The notes beneath the pieces are model-generated. The model was given only the letters and a program-made list of their open reading frames with translations. It was not told the origin of the DNA and searched no databases. DNA of 64,000 nucleotides from Candidatus Omnitrophota bacterium. GTDB taxonomy: Bacteria; Omnitrophota; Gorgyraeia; Velamenicoccales; JABMQK01. This document shows, one piece after another, positions 8,386 through 18,486 of this stretch (its first letter is position 1; the number at the start of each line of letters is the position of its first letter). The stretch is taken from contig JAQTSV010000001.1 in assembly GCA_028711115.1 (NCBI GenBank), forward strand, positions 966,032 to 1,030,031. The letters run 5' to 3'. The position numbers and the translations under genes are program-made.

Positions 8386-9777
8386 TTATTTATGAGTTTT
8401 TATGTAATTATCTACTGCGCGCGCAGCTTTTTTTCCTGCGCCCATGGCAGAAATTACCGTGTCTGCTCCTGTGGTAATATCTCCGCCGGCAAATACGCCC
8501 GGAATAGTTGTCATATAATTTTCATCCACACAGATAGTTCCCTCGGGATTGGTTTTTAATTCTGGCGTGGACTTATAAATTAAAGGATTGGGCCGCTGGC
8601 CGATTGCCACGATTACATTGTCCACAGGAATTTCAAACTCAGAATTGGGAATTTCCACCGGACGCCTGCGGCCGGAACTATCAGGCTTACCCAATTCCAT
8701 CCTGCTGCATCTCATTGCGCTTGGCATTCTGTTTTTATCCAGAATAATTTCTTTGGGCTGAGTAAGCAATTGAAATTTTAAACCTTCAGCCTTGGCATTC
8801 TCAATTTCGTCTTCTCTGGCAGGCATTTCTGTTTCGCTGCGCCTGTAAACCAATGTTACATCTTTGCCTAATCTGATAGCTACACGCGCGCAATCGAATG
8901 CCACATTTCCTGCTCCTACCACCACAATTTTATTACCTATATGAATAGGCGTAATGGCTTGGGGAAACTTATAAGCCTTCATCAAATTTATACGCGTAAG
9001 AAATTCATTGGCGGAATAGACGCCCGGCGCATTTTCTCCGGGAATATTCAGGAATTGAGGAAGGCCTGCGCCCACACCGATAAATATCGCCTTGAATCCC
9101 TGTTTGAAAAGATCTTTTAATGTAAAAGTTTTTCCGATGAGGACATTAGTCTGGATATCCACGCCTAAAGATTTTATATATTCCACTTCGCCAAAGACAA
9201 TCTTTTTGGGCAGTCTGAATTCCGGAATGCCGTAAGAAAGTACGCCTCCGGCCAAATGCAGTGATTCAAAGAGCGCTACGGAATAACCCATTTTAACCAA
9301 ATCCGCTGCTGCTGTCAAGCCGGCCGGGCCTGAGCCGACCACAGCGACCTTTGCTGACTGTGTATCTTCTGCAGATTTTACCTTTTTCTTATTATCCGAT
9401 AACTTCTCGTCTGCAAAATCAGAAGCATAGCGCTCCAAAGCCCCGATATTTATAGGTATATTCTTCTTGCTCAGAATACAGGCAACCTCACACTGCTCTT
9501 CCTGAGGGCAAACCCTGCCGCAAATAGCCGGCAGATTGTTTTTTTCTTTAATCTTGGAAAGCGACTCTTTAATCTTTTTATCTTTGATTAATTTAATGAA
9601 CGCGGGAATATCGATTTCAACAGGGCAACCCTTTACGCAGGCAGGATTTTTGCACTGCAGGCATCTTTTTGCTTCGGCAAGCGCCTGCTCTTCTGTAAAG
9701 CCCAAAGAAACTTCGAAAAAATTCTTTATGCGTTCCTGAGGTGGCTGTTGTTTTACTTCTTGACGGTTTTGTTCCAT
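8386..9777 (-). CDS. GltD-family NAD(P)H-dependent iron-sulfur flavoprotein (NfnB/SudA/glutamate synthase small-chain-like)
   Basis: 463 aa. N-terminal Cys clusters (CLQCKNPACVKGCP, CGRVCPQEEQCEVAC) and two Rossmann motifs (VAVVGSGPAGL, VVVGAGNVAFD). Paired with a PyrK-like subunit upstream. Confidence 0.8.
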   Translation of the reverse strand: MEQNRQEVKQQPPQERIKNFFEVSLGFTEEQALAEAKRCLQCKNPACVKGCPVEIDIPAFIKLIKDKKIKESLSKIKEKNNLPAICGRVCPQEEQCEVACILSKKNIPINIGALERYASDFADEKLSDNKKKVKSAEDTQSAKVAVVGSGPAGLTAAADLVKMGYSVALFESLHLAGGVLSYGIPEFRLPKKIVFGEVEYIKSLGVDIQTNVLIGKTFTLKDLFKQGFKAIFIGVGAGLPQFLNIPGENAPGVYSANEFLTRINLMKAYKFPQAITPIHIGNKIVVVGAGNVAFDCARVAIRLGKDVTLVYRRSETEMPAREDEIENAKAEGLKFQLLTQPKEIILDKNRMPSAMRCSRMELGKPDSSGRRRPVEIPNSEFEIPVDNVIVAIGQRPNPLIYKSTPELKTNPEGTICVDENYMTTIPGVFAGGDITTGADTVISAMGAGKKAARAVDNYIKTHK

Positions 9778-9785
9778 ATTTTCCT

Positions 9786-9842
9786 CCCCGCACTCACGTG
9801 CGGGGTATCAATTCGAAAATATTACCTACGCGTAAGCGTAGG
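9786..9842. repeat. Paired-hairpin intergenic element, copy 2
   Basis: Plus strand: CCCCGCAC-tcac-GTGCGGGG (9786..9805), a 19-nt spacer tatcaattcgaaaatatta, then CCTACGC-gtaa-GCGTAGG (9825..9842). Differs from copy 1 by paired (compensatory) changes in both stems. Confidence 0.7.
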
Positions 9843-9848
9843 GTAAAA

Positions 9849-10691
9849 TTATTTCCTCGGACAATTCTTATTCAAACACTCTTGTTCCTGTTGTTTAAAA
9901 AACGAAAGCCGTTCTGTCAATTCCTTAAAATCAACCTGATGCGCATCAAATTCCGGGCCGTCTACGCAACCGAATTTTGTCTCGCCGGCTACTGTCACCC
10001 TGCAGCTTCCGCACATGCCTGTTGCGTCTACCATAATCGGATTCAAACTGACAACTGTCTTTACGTTATAAGGCCTGGTGACATCGGCAACTCTTGCCAT
10101 CATCGGTACCGGCCCTATGGCATAAACAAGACAATTATTTGTATCTTTCGCATTTGCTATTTTATCCAACTGTTCCTTTAAAACATCTGTGACAAAACCT
10201 TTGCGGCCGTAAGAACCATCGTCGGTCGTAACAAACAGCTCTTCGCATACTTTCTTCATTTCTTCTTCTAAAATCAGAAGTTCTTTCGAGCGCGCACCGA
10301 TAATTCCTATTACATGATTTCCGGCTTCTTTAAAAGCCCTGCTCACCGGATAAACCTCTGCAATGCCTACGCCACCGCCGATACATATAACTGTGCCGAC
10401 TTTCTCTGAATGCGTAGGTTTACCCAAAGGCCCTAAAACAGCGAATAATGTATCTCCTTCATTGAGCAATCCTAATTTCTTGGTTGTAAATCCCACTTCC
10501 TGAAAAATCAGACTAATCAATCCTTTTGATTTGTCTGTGTCGGCCAAAGTCAGCGGTATTCTTTCCCCGCTCTCCTCAATCATCACAACCACAAACTGGC
10601 CTGCCTTGGCATTTACAGAAACCAAAGGCGCCTCCACGATAATCCTTTTGACTGAATCGGCTAAAATTTCTTTTTTAATTATTCTGTACAT
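9849..10691 (-). CDS. PyrK-like FAD/[2Fe-2S] electron-transfer subunit (NfnA/SudB-like)
   Basis: 280 aa. GQFVVVM..ERIPLTLAD, ICIGGGVGIAEVYP, C-terminal CGSCRV..C cluster motif. Immediately upstream of the GltD-like partner. Confidence 0.8.
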   Translation of the reverse strand: MYRIIKKEILADSVKRIIVEAPLVSVNAKAGQFVVVMIEESGERIPLTLADTDKSKGLISLIFQEVGFTTKKLGLLNEGDTLFAVLGPLGKPTHSEKVGTVICIGGGVGIAEVYPVSRAFKEAGNHVIGIIGARSKELLILEEEMKKVCEELFVTTDDGSYGRKGFVTDVLKEQLDKIANAKDTNNCLVYAIGPVPMMARVADVTRPYNVKTVVSLNPIMVDATGMCGSCRVTVAGETKFGCVDGPEFDAHQVDFKELTERLSFFKQQEQECLNKNCPRK

Positions 10692-11610
10692 CGCTTTTAG
10701 TTATGACAATAATTTTTTCCACGCCGGGATAATTATTAAAAACTGCCGTGCCTTTTTCTTTTCCCAATAGAAAAACGCAAGTGCCCACAGCATCGGCAGT
10801 CATTGCATCTTTGGCAATAACCGTCACAGACATCACGTTATTATCCACCGGATATCCTGTCTTGGGATTAATTATATGAGAATATCTCTTTTTGTTAATT
10901 TCCATATATTGCTCATAATCACCGGAAGTAGCCACGGCCAGGTCCTTCAATTTTAAAGTGGTGAATAATTTGTTCTTTGTCCGGGGATGTTGCAAACCTA
11001 TCTGCCAGGACTGGCCGGATTTTGAGCCTAAACAATAGAGATTGCCTCCCACATTAACAATTGCGGAATCTATGCCTTTTATCTTTAATTCTTTTACGGC
11101 GCAATCCACGGCATAACCTTTGGCAATTGCGCCAAAATCAATCTGCATTCCTTTTACGTTAAACATAATGCTGTTGTTTGTTCTATCGATATAAACTTTA
11201 TCCAAACCGACTAAAGCTAAGGCATTTTTAATTTCTGCCTTATTGGGAATCCTGTTCTCCTGGAATGCCTGTTTCCAAATCTTTGTCAACGTCCCCACTG
11301 TAATATCAAATTGTCCGCCTGTAAGCTCGTAAAACCGCTTTGATTTCTCGACAAGTAAAGTAATTTCGAAATTTGTATTTAAGAATCCGGTTTTATTTAA
11401 ATGCGCTACGGGAGAATCTTTCCTGTATATAGAAAATATATTTTCCACGCGTTCAATCTCTTTGAAGGCTATACCAATGGCTTCCGGGTAGGGAGAAACC
11501 ACCTCTACTATCGTTCCCATGAGAAAACGTTTGCCGCTGTACATTTTCCTCTGGGAACATCCGATGATTGATAACGCCACCAAACCGAATATTATAATTT
11601 TTCTGTACAT
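10675..11610 (-). CDS. apbE: FAD:protein FMN transferase (ApbE family) lipoprotein
   Basis: 311 aa. Lipobox LSIIGC, FDFGAIAKGYAVD, and ATSGDYE motifs. Confidence 0.85.
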   Translation of the reverse strand: MYRKIIIFGLVALSIIGCSQRKMYSGKRFLMGTIVEVVSPYPEAIGIAFKEIERVENIFSIYRKDSPVAHLNKTGFLNTNFEITLLVEKSKRFYELTGGQFDITVGTLTKIWKQAFQENRIPNKAEIKNALALVGLDKVYIDRTNNSIMFNVKGMQIDFGAIAKGYAVDCAVKELKIKGIDSAIVNVGGNLYCLGSKSGQSWQIGLQHPRTKNKLFTTLKLKDLAVATSGDYEQYMEINKKRYSHIINPKTGYPVDNNVMSVTVIAKDAMTADAVGTCVFLLGKEKGTAVFNNYPGVEKIIVITKSDVQNN

Positions 11611-11612
11611 AG

Positions 11613-13322
11613 TTATTTTTTAAACTTAAGTATCTGTTTAAGCGAGAGAGTGTTTACGACATCTTCTTTTTGTAACCAGCCGCGGCGCGCCATTGCCACT
11701 CCAAACTTCATATAATCCAGATGTTCAGTCATATGTGAATCCGTATCAATTGCAAATTTTACGCCCTTTTCTTTGGCAGCCCTGATAAGCGTATCCGCCA
11801 AATCCAACCTGTTGGGAAAACCGTTTATTTCCAAGGCGGTGTTGGTATCTTTTGCCGCCTTAAAAACTTCCTCAAAATCCAATTCGTAAGAATCGCGCGT
11901 GCCCCAGAGCCTGCCTGTAGGATGCGCGATAATATCAACGTTGGGATTGCGGCAGGCCTTTACTATCCGGCGCGTCAATTGTTCTTTGGACTGTTTAAAT
12001 CCGGAATGTATGGCTGCGATAACAAAATCAAATTCCTGCAAAATCGCATTATTGTAATCCAAATTGCCCGAAGAATCAATTTCTATTTCACTTCCGTAGA
12101 AAATTACGAAATTCTTCATCTTTTTATTCAGCTTATCGATTTCATTCTTTTTGCGCTTAAGATCAGATAAAGAAAGCCCGCCGGCAACCTTCAATGCCTC
12201 AGAGTGGTCGCTTACGGCTACGTATTCATAGCCTTTGGATTTGCAAGCCTGGGCTATTTCCGCAATTGTATTTTTACCGTCGGAATAATTGGAATGAACG
12301 TGCAAATCGCCCTTTATATCATTTAACTGTATTAATTTTGGCAATTTGTTTTTCAGGGCGGCTTCTATTTCTCCCGTGTCTTCCCTTAACTCCGGCTCGA
12401 TATACCGCATACCCAATAAATCGTAAATCTCCTCTTCTGTTTTTGAGGCCAAGCACTTTTTTGTCTTCACGGAAAAAACTCCGTATTCATTTATCTTCCA
12501 TCCTTTTCTTACCGCCAGTGTCCTTAATTTTATGTTGTGGCTTTTTGAACCCGTAAAATACATAAGCGCAGCGCCAAACGAATCTGCCTTAACCACGCGC
12601 AGGTCTACCTGTGTGCCGTCTTTGGACAAGACTGAGGATTTAGTAATACCTTTGGCAGTTATTTCCTTTACTTCGCCGCAACCGCAGAAAGCATCCATTA
12701 CTTTCTGAGGCTTTCCGGAAATCGCCAGAATATCTATGTCTTTAACAGTCTCCTTCATTCTTCTTAAGCTTCCGGCAACTTCTATACGCTTAACCTCTTT
12801 TAATGAATTCAATTCTTTGATAAACCTGTCCGCTATTTCACAGGCGCTGGCAATATCCAGCCTTTCGCTCCCTCTTTTAACTATGGCGATACCTTTCAAA
12901 ATATTCTCCACCGTCTTTTCTTTTACGCCTTCCAATCCTAATAGCTTTCCTTCTTTGGCAAATTTTTCAAGCATTGATATATTTTTGATTTTTAATTTCT
13001 CGTATAATAATTTGGCGGTCTTCGGCCCTATGGAAGGTACTTTTAATAACTCTAAAATCCCCTCGGGAATTTCCTCTTTTAAATCCTCAAAATAGGAAAT
13101 CTTTCCGCTGGATAAATATTCTTTTATTTTCGCGGCCAGGTCCTGTCCTATACCGGGTATATCTGTCAGTTTATCTTCATTGGCATAATCCTCAATATTG
13201 TCAATTCCCTCCAGCGCCAGGGCAGCACGTTCATAGGCGCGTATCCTAAAGATGTTTTCACCTTTTATCTCCAGTATTTGGGCAATGGAATGAAATATCC
13301 GGCTAATCTCTAAATTTTTCAT
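11613..13322 (-). CDS. polX: Family X DNA polymerase with C-terminal PHP domain (PolX)
   Basis: Pol-beta-like N-terminus (IFRIRAYERAA, HhH GIGPKTA, GSLRR..ETVKDIDIL) plus a PHP domain (GDLHVHSNYSDG). Start moved to ATG 13322 (MKNLEISRIF), directly after the MFS stop. The track's 13391 start overlaps the MFS gene. Confidence 0.85.
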   Translation of the reverse strand: MKNLEISRIFHSIAQILEIKGENIFRIRAYERAALALEGIDNIEDYANEDKLTDIPGIGQDLAAKIKEYLSSGKISYFEDLKEEIPEGILELLKVPSIGPKTAKLLYEKLKIKNISMLEKFAKEGKLLGLEGVKEKTVENILKGIAIVKRGSERLDIASACEIADRFIKELNSLKEVKRIEVAGSLRRMKETVKDIDILAISGKPQKVMDAFCGCGEVKEITAKGITKSSVLSKDGTQVDLRVVKADSFGAALMYFTGSKSHNIKLRTLAVRKGWKINEYGVFSVKTKKCLASKTEEEIYDLLGMRYIEPELREDTGEIEAALKNKLPKLIQLNDIKGDLHVHSNYSDGKNTIAEIAQACKSKGYEYVAVSDHSEALKVAGGLSLSDLKRKKNEIDKLNKKMKNFVIFYGSEIEIDSSGNLDYNNAILQEFDFVIAAIHSGFKQSKEQLTRRIVKACRNPNVDIIAHPTGRLWGTRDSYELDFEEVFKAAKDTNTALEINGFPNRLDLADTLIRAAKEKGVKFAIDTDSHMTEHLDYMKFGVAMARRGWLQKEDVVNTLSLKQILKFKK

Positions 13323-13324
13323 AA

Positions 13325-14530
13325 TTAACTGCTGAGAGACGCTTTCGCTGTTTTTAAAAGCGGTGTCAAAAGCAAAAATAATACGAAACAAATAAAACCG
13401 ATTGTACCCAAGGCAATACGCACGCCTGACATCTGCGCCAAGGAACCTGCGATTATGCTGCCGAAAGGCGCAGTGCCGGCAAAAGTTAAAACGTATATAC
13501 TCATCATCCTGCCGCGAAATTCATCAGGCACCATAGTTTGTATCATGGAATTAATTATGACTGACGATGTCAATATCGAAAACCCGATCAATACCAAAAT
13601 TACCGCTGAAACAATAAAAGAATCCGAAACAGCAAGAAAAACCAAACCAAACGTTAGAAGGTATAGCGCAAAAATCATAAACTGTATTTTCTTGTGGGAA
13701 TCTTTTAATCCCGCCAAAGCCAACCCTGCCAATAAAGATCCCAATCCGCTAAAAGACATAAGCAATCCGAAACCCTTGGCATCCAAATTCAGAACTTCCT
13801 TGGCAAACACAGGAAGCAGAATCATATAAGACAAACCAAACAAACTAACTACAGCCACAATGCTGATAAGAATTAGGTATATGCGGTTATGTCTTATGAA
13901 ATTTATGCCGCCTTTCAAATCATCCATAAAACGCAAATCGCTGTTATTGCGACGCGGAGACTGAGGTTTTATCATAAGTAAAGCCACAATAAAAGCCAGA
14001 AAACTTATGGCGTTAATGTAGAAACATCCGGCAATGCTTATTGTGGCGATGAATATCCCTGCCAGCGCCGGGCCAAGCATCCTTGCGGCATGAAATCCTA
14101 TGGAAGTTAAGGCGATGCCGTTTAAAATATTTTTCTTTCCTACCAATTCTACAACGATAGCCTGCCTGGCCGGAGCGTCCAAAGATAAAACCATCCCGTT
14201 TAGTATTGCTATCAATAAAATAAAATTTACCGTAACAATATTAAGCTGCGTAAATACTGCCAATAAAAATGCAAGCAACATGGCAACAACCTGTGCAAAA
14301 ATGAGAAGGATTTTTTTATTAATTCTATCTACCAATACTCCGGAAAAAAGCGAAAACAAAAATACAGGCAAAGAACTTAAAAATCCCACCAAACCCAACA
14401 AAAAAGACGAGCGCGATAGTTCAAATACCAGCCAACTCTGTGCCATAACCTGTATCCAGGTCCCGCACATAGAGACAAACATACCTATCCAGTAAATCCG
14501 AAAATCCCGTATGGAAAATGAAGAAAACAT
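13325..14530 (-). CDS. MFS transporter
   Basis: 401 aa, ~12 hydrophobic segments. GVLVDRINKK loop motif between TM2 and TM3. Confidence 0.8.
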   Translation of the reverse strand: MFSSFSIRDFRIYWIGMFVSMCGTWIQVMAQSWLVFELSRSSFLLGLVGFLSSLPVFLFSLFSGVLVDRINKKILLIFAQVVAMLLAFLLAVFTQLNIVTVNFILLIAILNGMVLSLDAPARQAIVVELVGKKNILNGIALTSIGFHAARMLGPALAGIFIATISIAGCFYINAISFLAFIVALLMIKPQSPRRNNSDLRFMDDLKGGINFIRHNRIYLILISIVAVVSLFGLSYMILLPVFAKEVLNLDAKGFGLLMSFSGLGSLLAGLALAGLKDSHKKIQFMIFALYLLTFGLVFLAVSDSFIVSAVILVLIGFSILTSSVIINSMIQTMVPDEFRGRMMSIYVLTFAGTAPFGSIIAGSLAQMSGVRIALGTIGFICFVLFLLLTPLLKTAKASLSS

Positions 14531-14533
14531 TAT

Positions 14534-14956
14534 TTATTCACCTATGACTTTTACCACTACGCGCTTGCGGCGCTGCCCGTCAAATTCAGCGTAAAAAATC
14601 TGTTGCCACGGCCCAAAATCCAGTTTGCCCTGCGTAATCGGCACCAAAACCTCGTGGTGCATAATTAAATTCTTTAAATGCGCGTCGGCATTGGATTCAC
14701 CTGTATGATGATGTTTATAATCTCTTCTCTGTGGAGCAAGTTTGTCCAGCCACTCATCGATATCCTGGATAATTCCGTCCTCGTCGTCATTTACATACAC
14801 GCTAGCAGTAATATGCATTGCCGAAACCAAAACCATACCTTCCTTGACGCCACTATTTTTTACAATATCCTCAACCTGCTGAGTAATATTTATATACTCG
14901 CGTTTTTTCTTGGTATTAAACCAAAGATATTCTGTACAGGATTTCATGGTGAACAT
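14534..14956 (-). CDS. YjbQ/UPF0047 family protein (secondary thiamine-phosphate synthase)
   Basis: 140 aa. [40 protein letters not shown]. Confidence 0.75.
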   Translation of the reverse strand: MFTMKSCTEYLWFNTKKKREYINITQQVEDIVKNSGVKEGMVLVSAMHITASVYVNDDEDGIIQDIDEWLDKLAPQRRDYKHHHTGESNADAHLKNLIMHHEVLVPITQGKLDFGPWQQIFYAEFDGQRRKRVVVKVIGE

Positions 14957-14982
14957 TAACCTTTCAATAAGTAAGAGCGTAT

Positions 14983-14991
14983 ATTATATCA
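14983..14991 (-). promoter_or_regulatory. Putative extended -10 promoter element (TGaTATAAT) upstream of yjbQ
   Basis: Minus strand reads attcTGaTATAATatacgc, about 30 nt upstream of the yjbQ start. The -35 is weak. Confidence 0.3.
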
Positions 14992-15101
14992 GAATTTATT
15001 GATTAAGGTAATATAAAAATGGGCAGGATTCCTGATTTATTTTAATAAATTTTTATTTGGTGTTTCTCCGTAAGGATAAACCCTTATTCTGACCTTCTAG
15101 C

Positions 15102-15557
15102 CTATTCATTCTTCTGCCAAGACACAACAACTCCGTTCTGTAAGTACACATAATAAGTAGTATCGTAGGAAATATGGCCTCCTCCATATAGCCACTGTTC
15201 AAAAACGCCCTGCGGGCCTGCATTTTTATTAATATTTTTAGGTTTTCCCCAGGAAGAAAGCACCTGTTCCTCTAACATACCTATGGCTATCCTGCCTTCT
15301 TCTACAAGAGCCTTCATAGCAGGAGTCCATTCAGGATGGCGCTTAATCATTTCCTCTCTTAAAACCTTCCTGTCTTCTTCTGTGTTGATATAAGCGGAGA
15401 GCGTGCGTGTTAATGTGTAGATTTTATCGTCGGAAAGAGATCTCGCCAGCGCTATTTTATCCTCTAAAGTGGATACTGCCTGTCTGTCTTTGGTTATTAT
15501 TATCGTGGTGCATCCTGCGAAGTTAAGAACCAAAAGTAACGCTAATAAAAATTTCAT
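15102..15557 (-). CDS. Hypothetical lipoprotein
   Basis: 151 aa. Signal plus lipobox LVLNFAGC. No recognisable domain. Confidence 0.6.
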   Translation of the reverse strand: MKFLLALLLVLNFAGCTTIIITKDRQAVSTLEDKIALARSLSDDKIYTLTRTLSAYINTEEDRKVLREEMIKRHPEWTPAMKALVEEGRIAIGMLEEQVLSSWGKPKNINKNAGPQGVFEQWLYGGGHISYDTTYYVYLQNGVVVSWQKNE

Positions 15558-15568
15558 ACGAAGTTAAT

Positions 15569-16147
15569 TTAAAAATTCTCGGCCAAAACCTCATAATAGG
15601 CCTGAGGGTGCTTACAGGCAGGGCATTCTTTGGGAGCCTCTTTACCCTCAAAAACATAACCGCAATTAATGCAGTGCCATTTTACAGCTGTCTTCTTGGC
15701 AAATACTTGCTTGTTGGCAATGTTATTAATAAAACTCCTGTATCTGGATTCATGGAATTTCTCTACTGTGGATATCTGTTCAAAAGAACGGGCTATCTCG
15801 GGAAAGCCTTCGTCTTTAGCTATTTTGGCAAAATCAGAATACAAAACAGTCCACTCCATATTTTCTCCTGCGGATGCTTGTTCTAAATTATGCTTTGTAT
15901 CCTTTATCATTCCTGCGGGATAAGAAGCCGTAATTGTTACATCGCCGCCTTCCAGATATTTAAAAAATACCTTGGCGTGCTCTTTTTCATTTTCGGCAGT
16001 CTCCATAAATATGTTGGCTATCTGTTCAAAACCTTCTTTTCTGGCTGCGCTGGCAAAGTAGGTATACCGATTTCTCGCCTGTGCCTCTCCGGCAAAAGCA
16101 GCCAAAAGATTCTTCTCTGTTTTTGTACCTTTAATTGATTTGCTCAT
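15569..16147 (-). CDS. rbr: Rubrerythrin
   Basis: Ferritin-like diiron motifs (EAQARNRY, ENEKEHA, AGENMEW, EKFHESRY) plus C-terminal rubredoxin CINCG...CPACK. Start set to ATG 16147 with GAGGAGGTG SD. The track start at 16156 is a GTG inside the SD. Confidence 0.9.
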   Translation of the reverse strand: MSKSIKGTKTEKNLLAAFAGEAQARNRYTYFASAARKEGFEQIANIFMETAENEKEHAKVFFKYLEGGDVTITASYPAGMIKDTKHNLEQASAGENMEWTVLYSDFAKIAKDEGFPEIARSFEQISTVEKFHESRYRSFINNIANKQVFAKKTAVKWHCINCGYVFEGKEAPKECPACKHPQAYYEVLAENF

Positions 16148-16184
16148 CTTACCCACACCTCCTCTTTTGTCTTAAACATATAAA

Positions 16185-17189
16185 TTAACATATCCTCGGC
16201 AATGCTTCTCCTTCTAACAAAGGAAGCAGCCTGCTTGTACCTAATTTTGTCTCTAAGGCAACTTCTTGTTCCTTGATTACCCGACCGATAATCCTGGCTT
16301 TCTTGCCTGAGCCGTTCTTTTGCAATTTAGCTAATATTTTTCCCGCCATTCTGGAGTCAACGATAAAAACCACCCTGCCTTCATTAGCCATATTCAAATA
16401 ATCCAGGCCCAGAATTTCACAGGCAGCTTTTACTTCTTTCTTAACAGGAATATTTTCTTCGCGGATTTTTATACCTACCTTACTTTGTTTGGCAATTTCA
16501 TTTAAAACAGCCACCAGACCGCCCCTTGTGGGATCGCGCATAACATGGATATATTTAGCTAAGCTTAAACAGCTTTTGATTAAGGGATAAACAGAAGTCA
16601 CATCACTCTTTATGTCCGGCTTTAGACCTAAATTCTCCCGTGCATTTAAAATAGAAGTTCCGTGTTCGGCCAATTCTCCGGAGATAATCACCGAGTCCCC
16701 GGTTTTTGCATTGTTTGCTGATACATTCATATCTTTCTGCACAACACCTATGCCTGACGTAGTTATAAATATTCCGTCGCACTCTCCCTTGCCCACAACT
16801 TTAGTATCGCCGGTGACAATATCAACTCTGCATTCCTTTGCTGTCCTGGCCATAGAATTAACAATCCGTTTTAAATTATCGATTAAAAAACCATCCTCGA
16901 TAATAAAAGATGCGGATATGGCAATTGGCTGTGCACCCATTACCGCCAAATCATTGAGCGTGCCGCAAATTGCCAGCTTTCCAATGTCTCCGCCGGGGAA
17001 AAATAGAGGTTTGACGGTATATGAATCAGTGGTAAAGGCGACTTGAGCTCGTCCGATTTGCAATTTTGCGGCATCATCAAGCCTGTTTAAAATCTTATTA
17101 CCGAAACAATTCAAAAACACATTGCCGATTAAATCCGCCATTAACTTTCCGCCGCTGCCGTGAGAAAGTGTTATTCTCTCCTGATTCAT
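16185..17189 (-). CDS. hypE: Hydrogenase maturation carbamoyl dehydratase HypE
   Basis: 334 aa. ITLSHGSGG N-terminus, MRDPTRGGL, C-terminal PRIC. Confidence 0.9.
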   Translation of the reverse strand: MNQERITLSHGSGGKLMADLIGNVFLNCFGNKILNRLDDAAKLQIGRAQVAFTTDSYTVKPLFFPGGDIGKLAICGTLNDLAVMGAQPIAISASFIIEDGFLIDNLKRIVNSMARTAKECRVDIVTGDTKVVGKGECDGIFITTSGIGVVQKDMNVSANNAKTGDSVIISGELAEHGTSILNARENLGLKPDIKSDVTSVYPLIKSCLSLAKYIHVMRDPTRGGLVAVLNEIAKQSKVGIKIREENIPVKKEVKAACEILGLDYLNMANEGRVVFIVDSRMAGKILAKLQKNGSGKKARIIGRVIKEQEVALETKLGTSRLLPLLEGEALPRIC

Positions 17190-18286
17190 TATGATTTCGC
17201 TCCGTATTTATAGAATGCTGCACACGTGCCTTCGCTGGAAACCATACAAGGCCCCACAGGATTCTCAGGCGTGCATTCTTTCGCATAAAGCTTGCAATCC
17301 AAAGGCGTACTCATACCTTTTATCACGTCACCGCAAATACACTGAGGATTTTCCTCAGGCGATTTCAATTTTATATCTAAAACATTATCTATATCAAAAT
17401 CCCTGAATGCGCCGCGTAATTTTAAACCGCTCTGCCTGATTTTTCCCAAACCACGCCATTCTACATCTGTTTTCTCAAATACGCTATAAATTTTCTCCAT
17501 AGCTAATTTATTTCCTTCGGGATTAACCGAACGGCTGTATTCTATTTTTATCTGCGCCTGTTTATTCCTGGCCATATCCGAAAGAAAAAGTATCCCTTCC
17601 AGTATATCGACGACCTCAAAACCCGTAATTACTGCGGGCTTTTGAAATTCTTCGGCAATAAAACGATACTCCCCGCTGCCGATTATCGTGCTTACATGCC
17701 CCGGTAAAATAAAACCGTCGATATTTATATATTTTGACTCTAATAATGTTCTGATCGCCGGAGGAATTAATTTAAAAACCGAATATATATATAAGTTCTT
17801 TAACTTTTTTTCTCTTGCCCGGATTAATACAGCAGCAAACGCAGGAATTGTCGTCTCAAATCCCACGCCAAACATCACTATTTTTTTACTGGGTGATTTT
17901 TCTGCCAGCTCCAATGCCTCTATGGGGCTATACATAATCTTGACATTGGCGGCCAGTTCCCCTTTTGCCTTTTCTAAACTCAAAGATGTCCCCGGAACTC
18001 TGAGCATATCGCCAAAACAACATAAGATAAAATCTTTTGAGCCGGCAATGGTAATGGCTTTATCTATATCTCGAACAGAAGTCACGCACACCGGACAACC
18101 CGGCCCAGACAGAAGTTTTATATTGCTATTCAAACCTGTCCTTATGCCGGTCTTAAAAATCTGCACGGTGTGAGTTCCGCAGACCTCCATAAAAGAAAAT
18201 TCATCTTTATTGAGATTTATCCTCTCCAGAAGAATCCGTGCAATTTTTACGTCTTTAAATTGTTCATTAACCTGAATAGGCTTCAT
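17189..18286 (-). CDS. hypD: Hydrogenase maturation protein HypD
   Basis: 365 aa. FMEVCGTHT, GPGCPVCVT, FETT, PGHVS, C-terminal GTCAAFYKYG. Confidence 0.9.
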   Translation of the reverse strand: MKPIQVNEQFKDVKIARILLERINLNKDEFSFMEVCGTHTVQIFKTGIRTGLNSNIKLLSGPGCPVCVTSVRDIDKAITIAGSKDFILCCFGDMLRVPGTSLSLEKAKGELAANVKIMYSPIEALELAEKSPSKKIVMFGVGFETTIPAFAAVLIRAREKKLKNLYIYSVFKLIPPAIRTLLESKYINIDGFILPGHVSTIIGSGEYRFIAEEFQKPAVITGFEVVDILEGILFLSDMARNKQAQIKIEYSRSVNPEGNKLAMEKIYSVFEKTDVEWRGLGKIRQSGLKLRGAFRDFDIDNVLDIKLKSPEENPQCICGDVIKGMSTPLDCKLYAKECTPENPVGPCMVSSEGTCAAFYKYGAKS

Positions 18287-18485
18287 TTATATACCTTAAA
18301 TTCTCCTTTGCCTGTTTTTCGTCTATTTTGTTGATGGCGAACCCCACGTGCACATTGACATAATCTCCCACTTTAACATCGCGGAGGAAATCAATGCAAA
18401 CCTCTTTCTTTATGCCGCTGAAATCAACCAGGGCATAATTATTATCCAATATTTTTTCTACTTTACCGGGAATGGCTAAGCACAT
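18267..18485 (-). CDS. hypC: Hydrogenase maturation chaperone HypC
   Basis: 72 aa, canonical MCLAIPGKV N-terminus. Confidence 0.9.
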   Translation of the reverse strand: MCLAIPGKVEKILDNNYALVDFSGIKKEVCIDFLRDVKVGDYVNVHVGFAINKIDEKQAKENLRYINEAYSG

Positions 18486-18486
18486 T

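Noticed and set aside
13323-13391. N-terminal extensions from non-ATG or upstream starts: PolX 13391, rubrerythrin 16156 (GTG within its own SD), MnhG-like 21111, ferredoxin 30055 (TTG), exonuclease 34548 (TTG), cassette gene 3 61387 (TTG).
   Set aside because: In each case an ATG with better spacing to an SD, or one abutting the upstream stop codon, gives a product that starts where family members start.
17098-17286. 62-aa minus-strand ORF across the hypD/hypE junction. Similar alternative-frame ORFs occur at 24948..25151, 35681..35989, 52382..52564 and 58280..58516.
   Set aside because: All are embedded in alternative frames of confidently identified genes (hypD/E, MrpA-like, helicase, guaA, uvrB).
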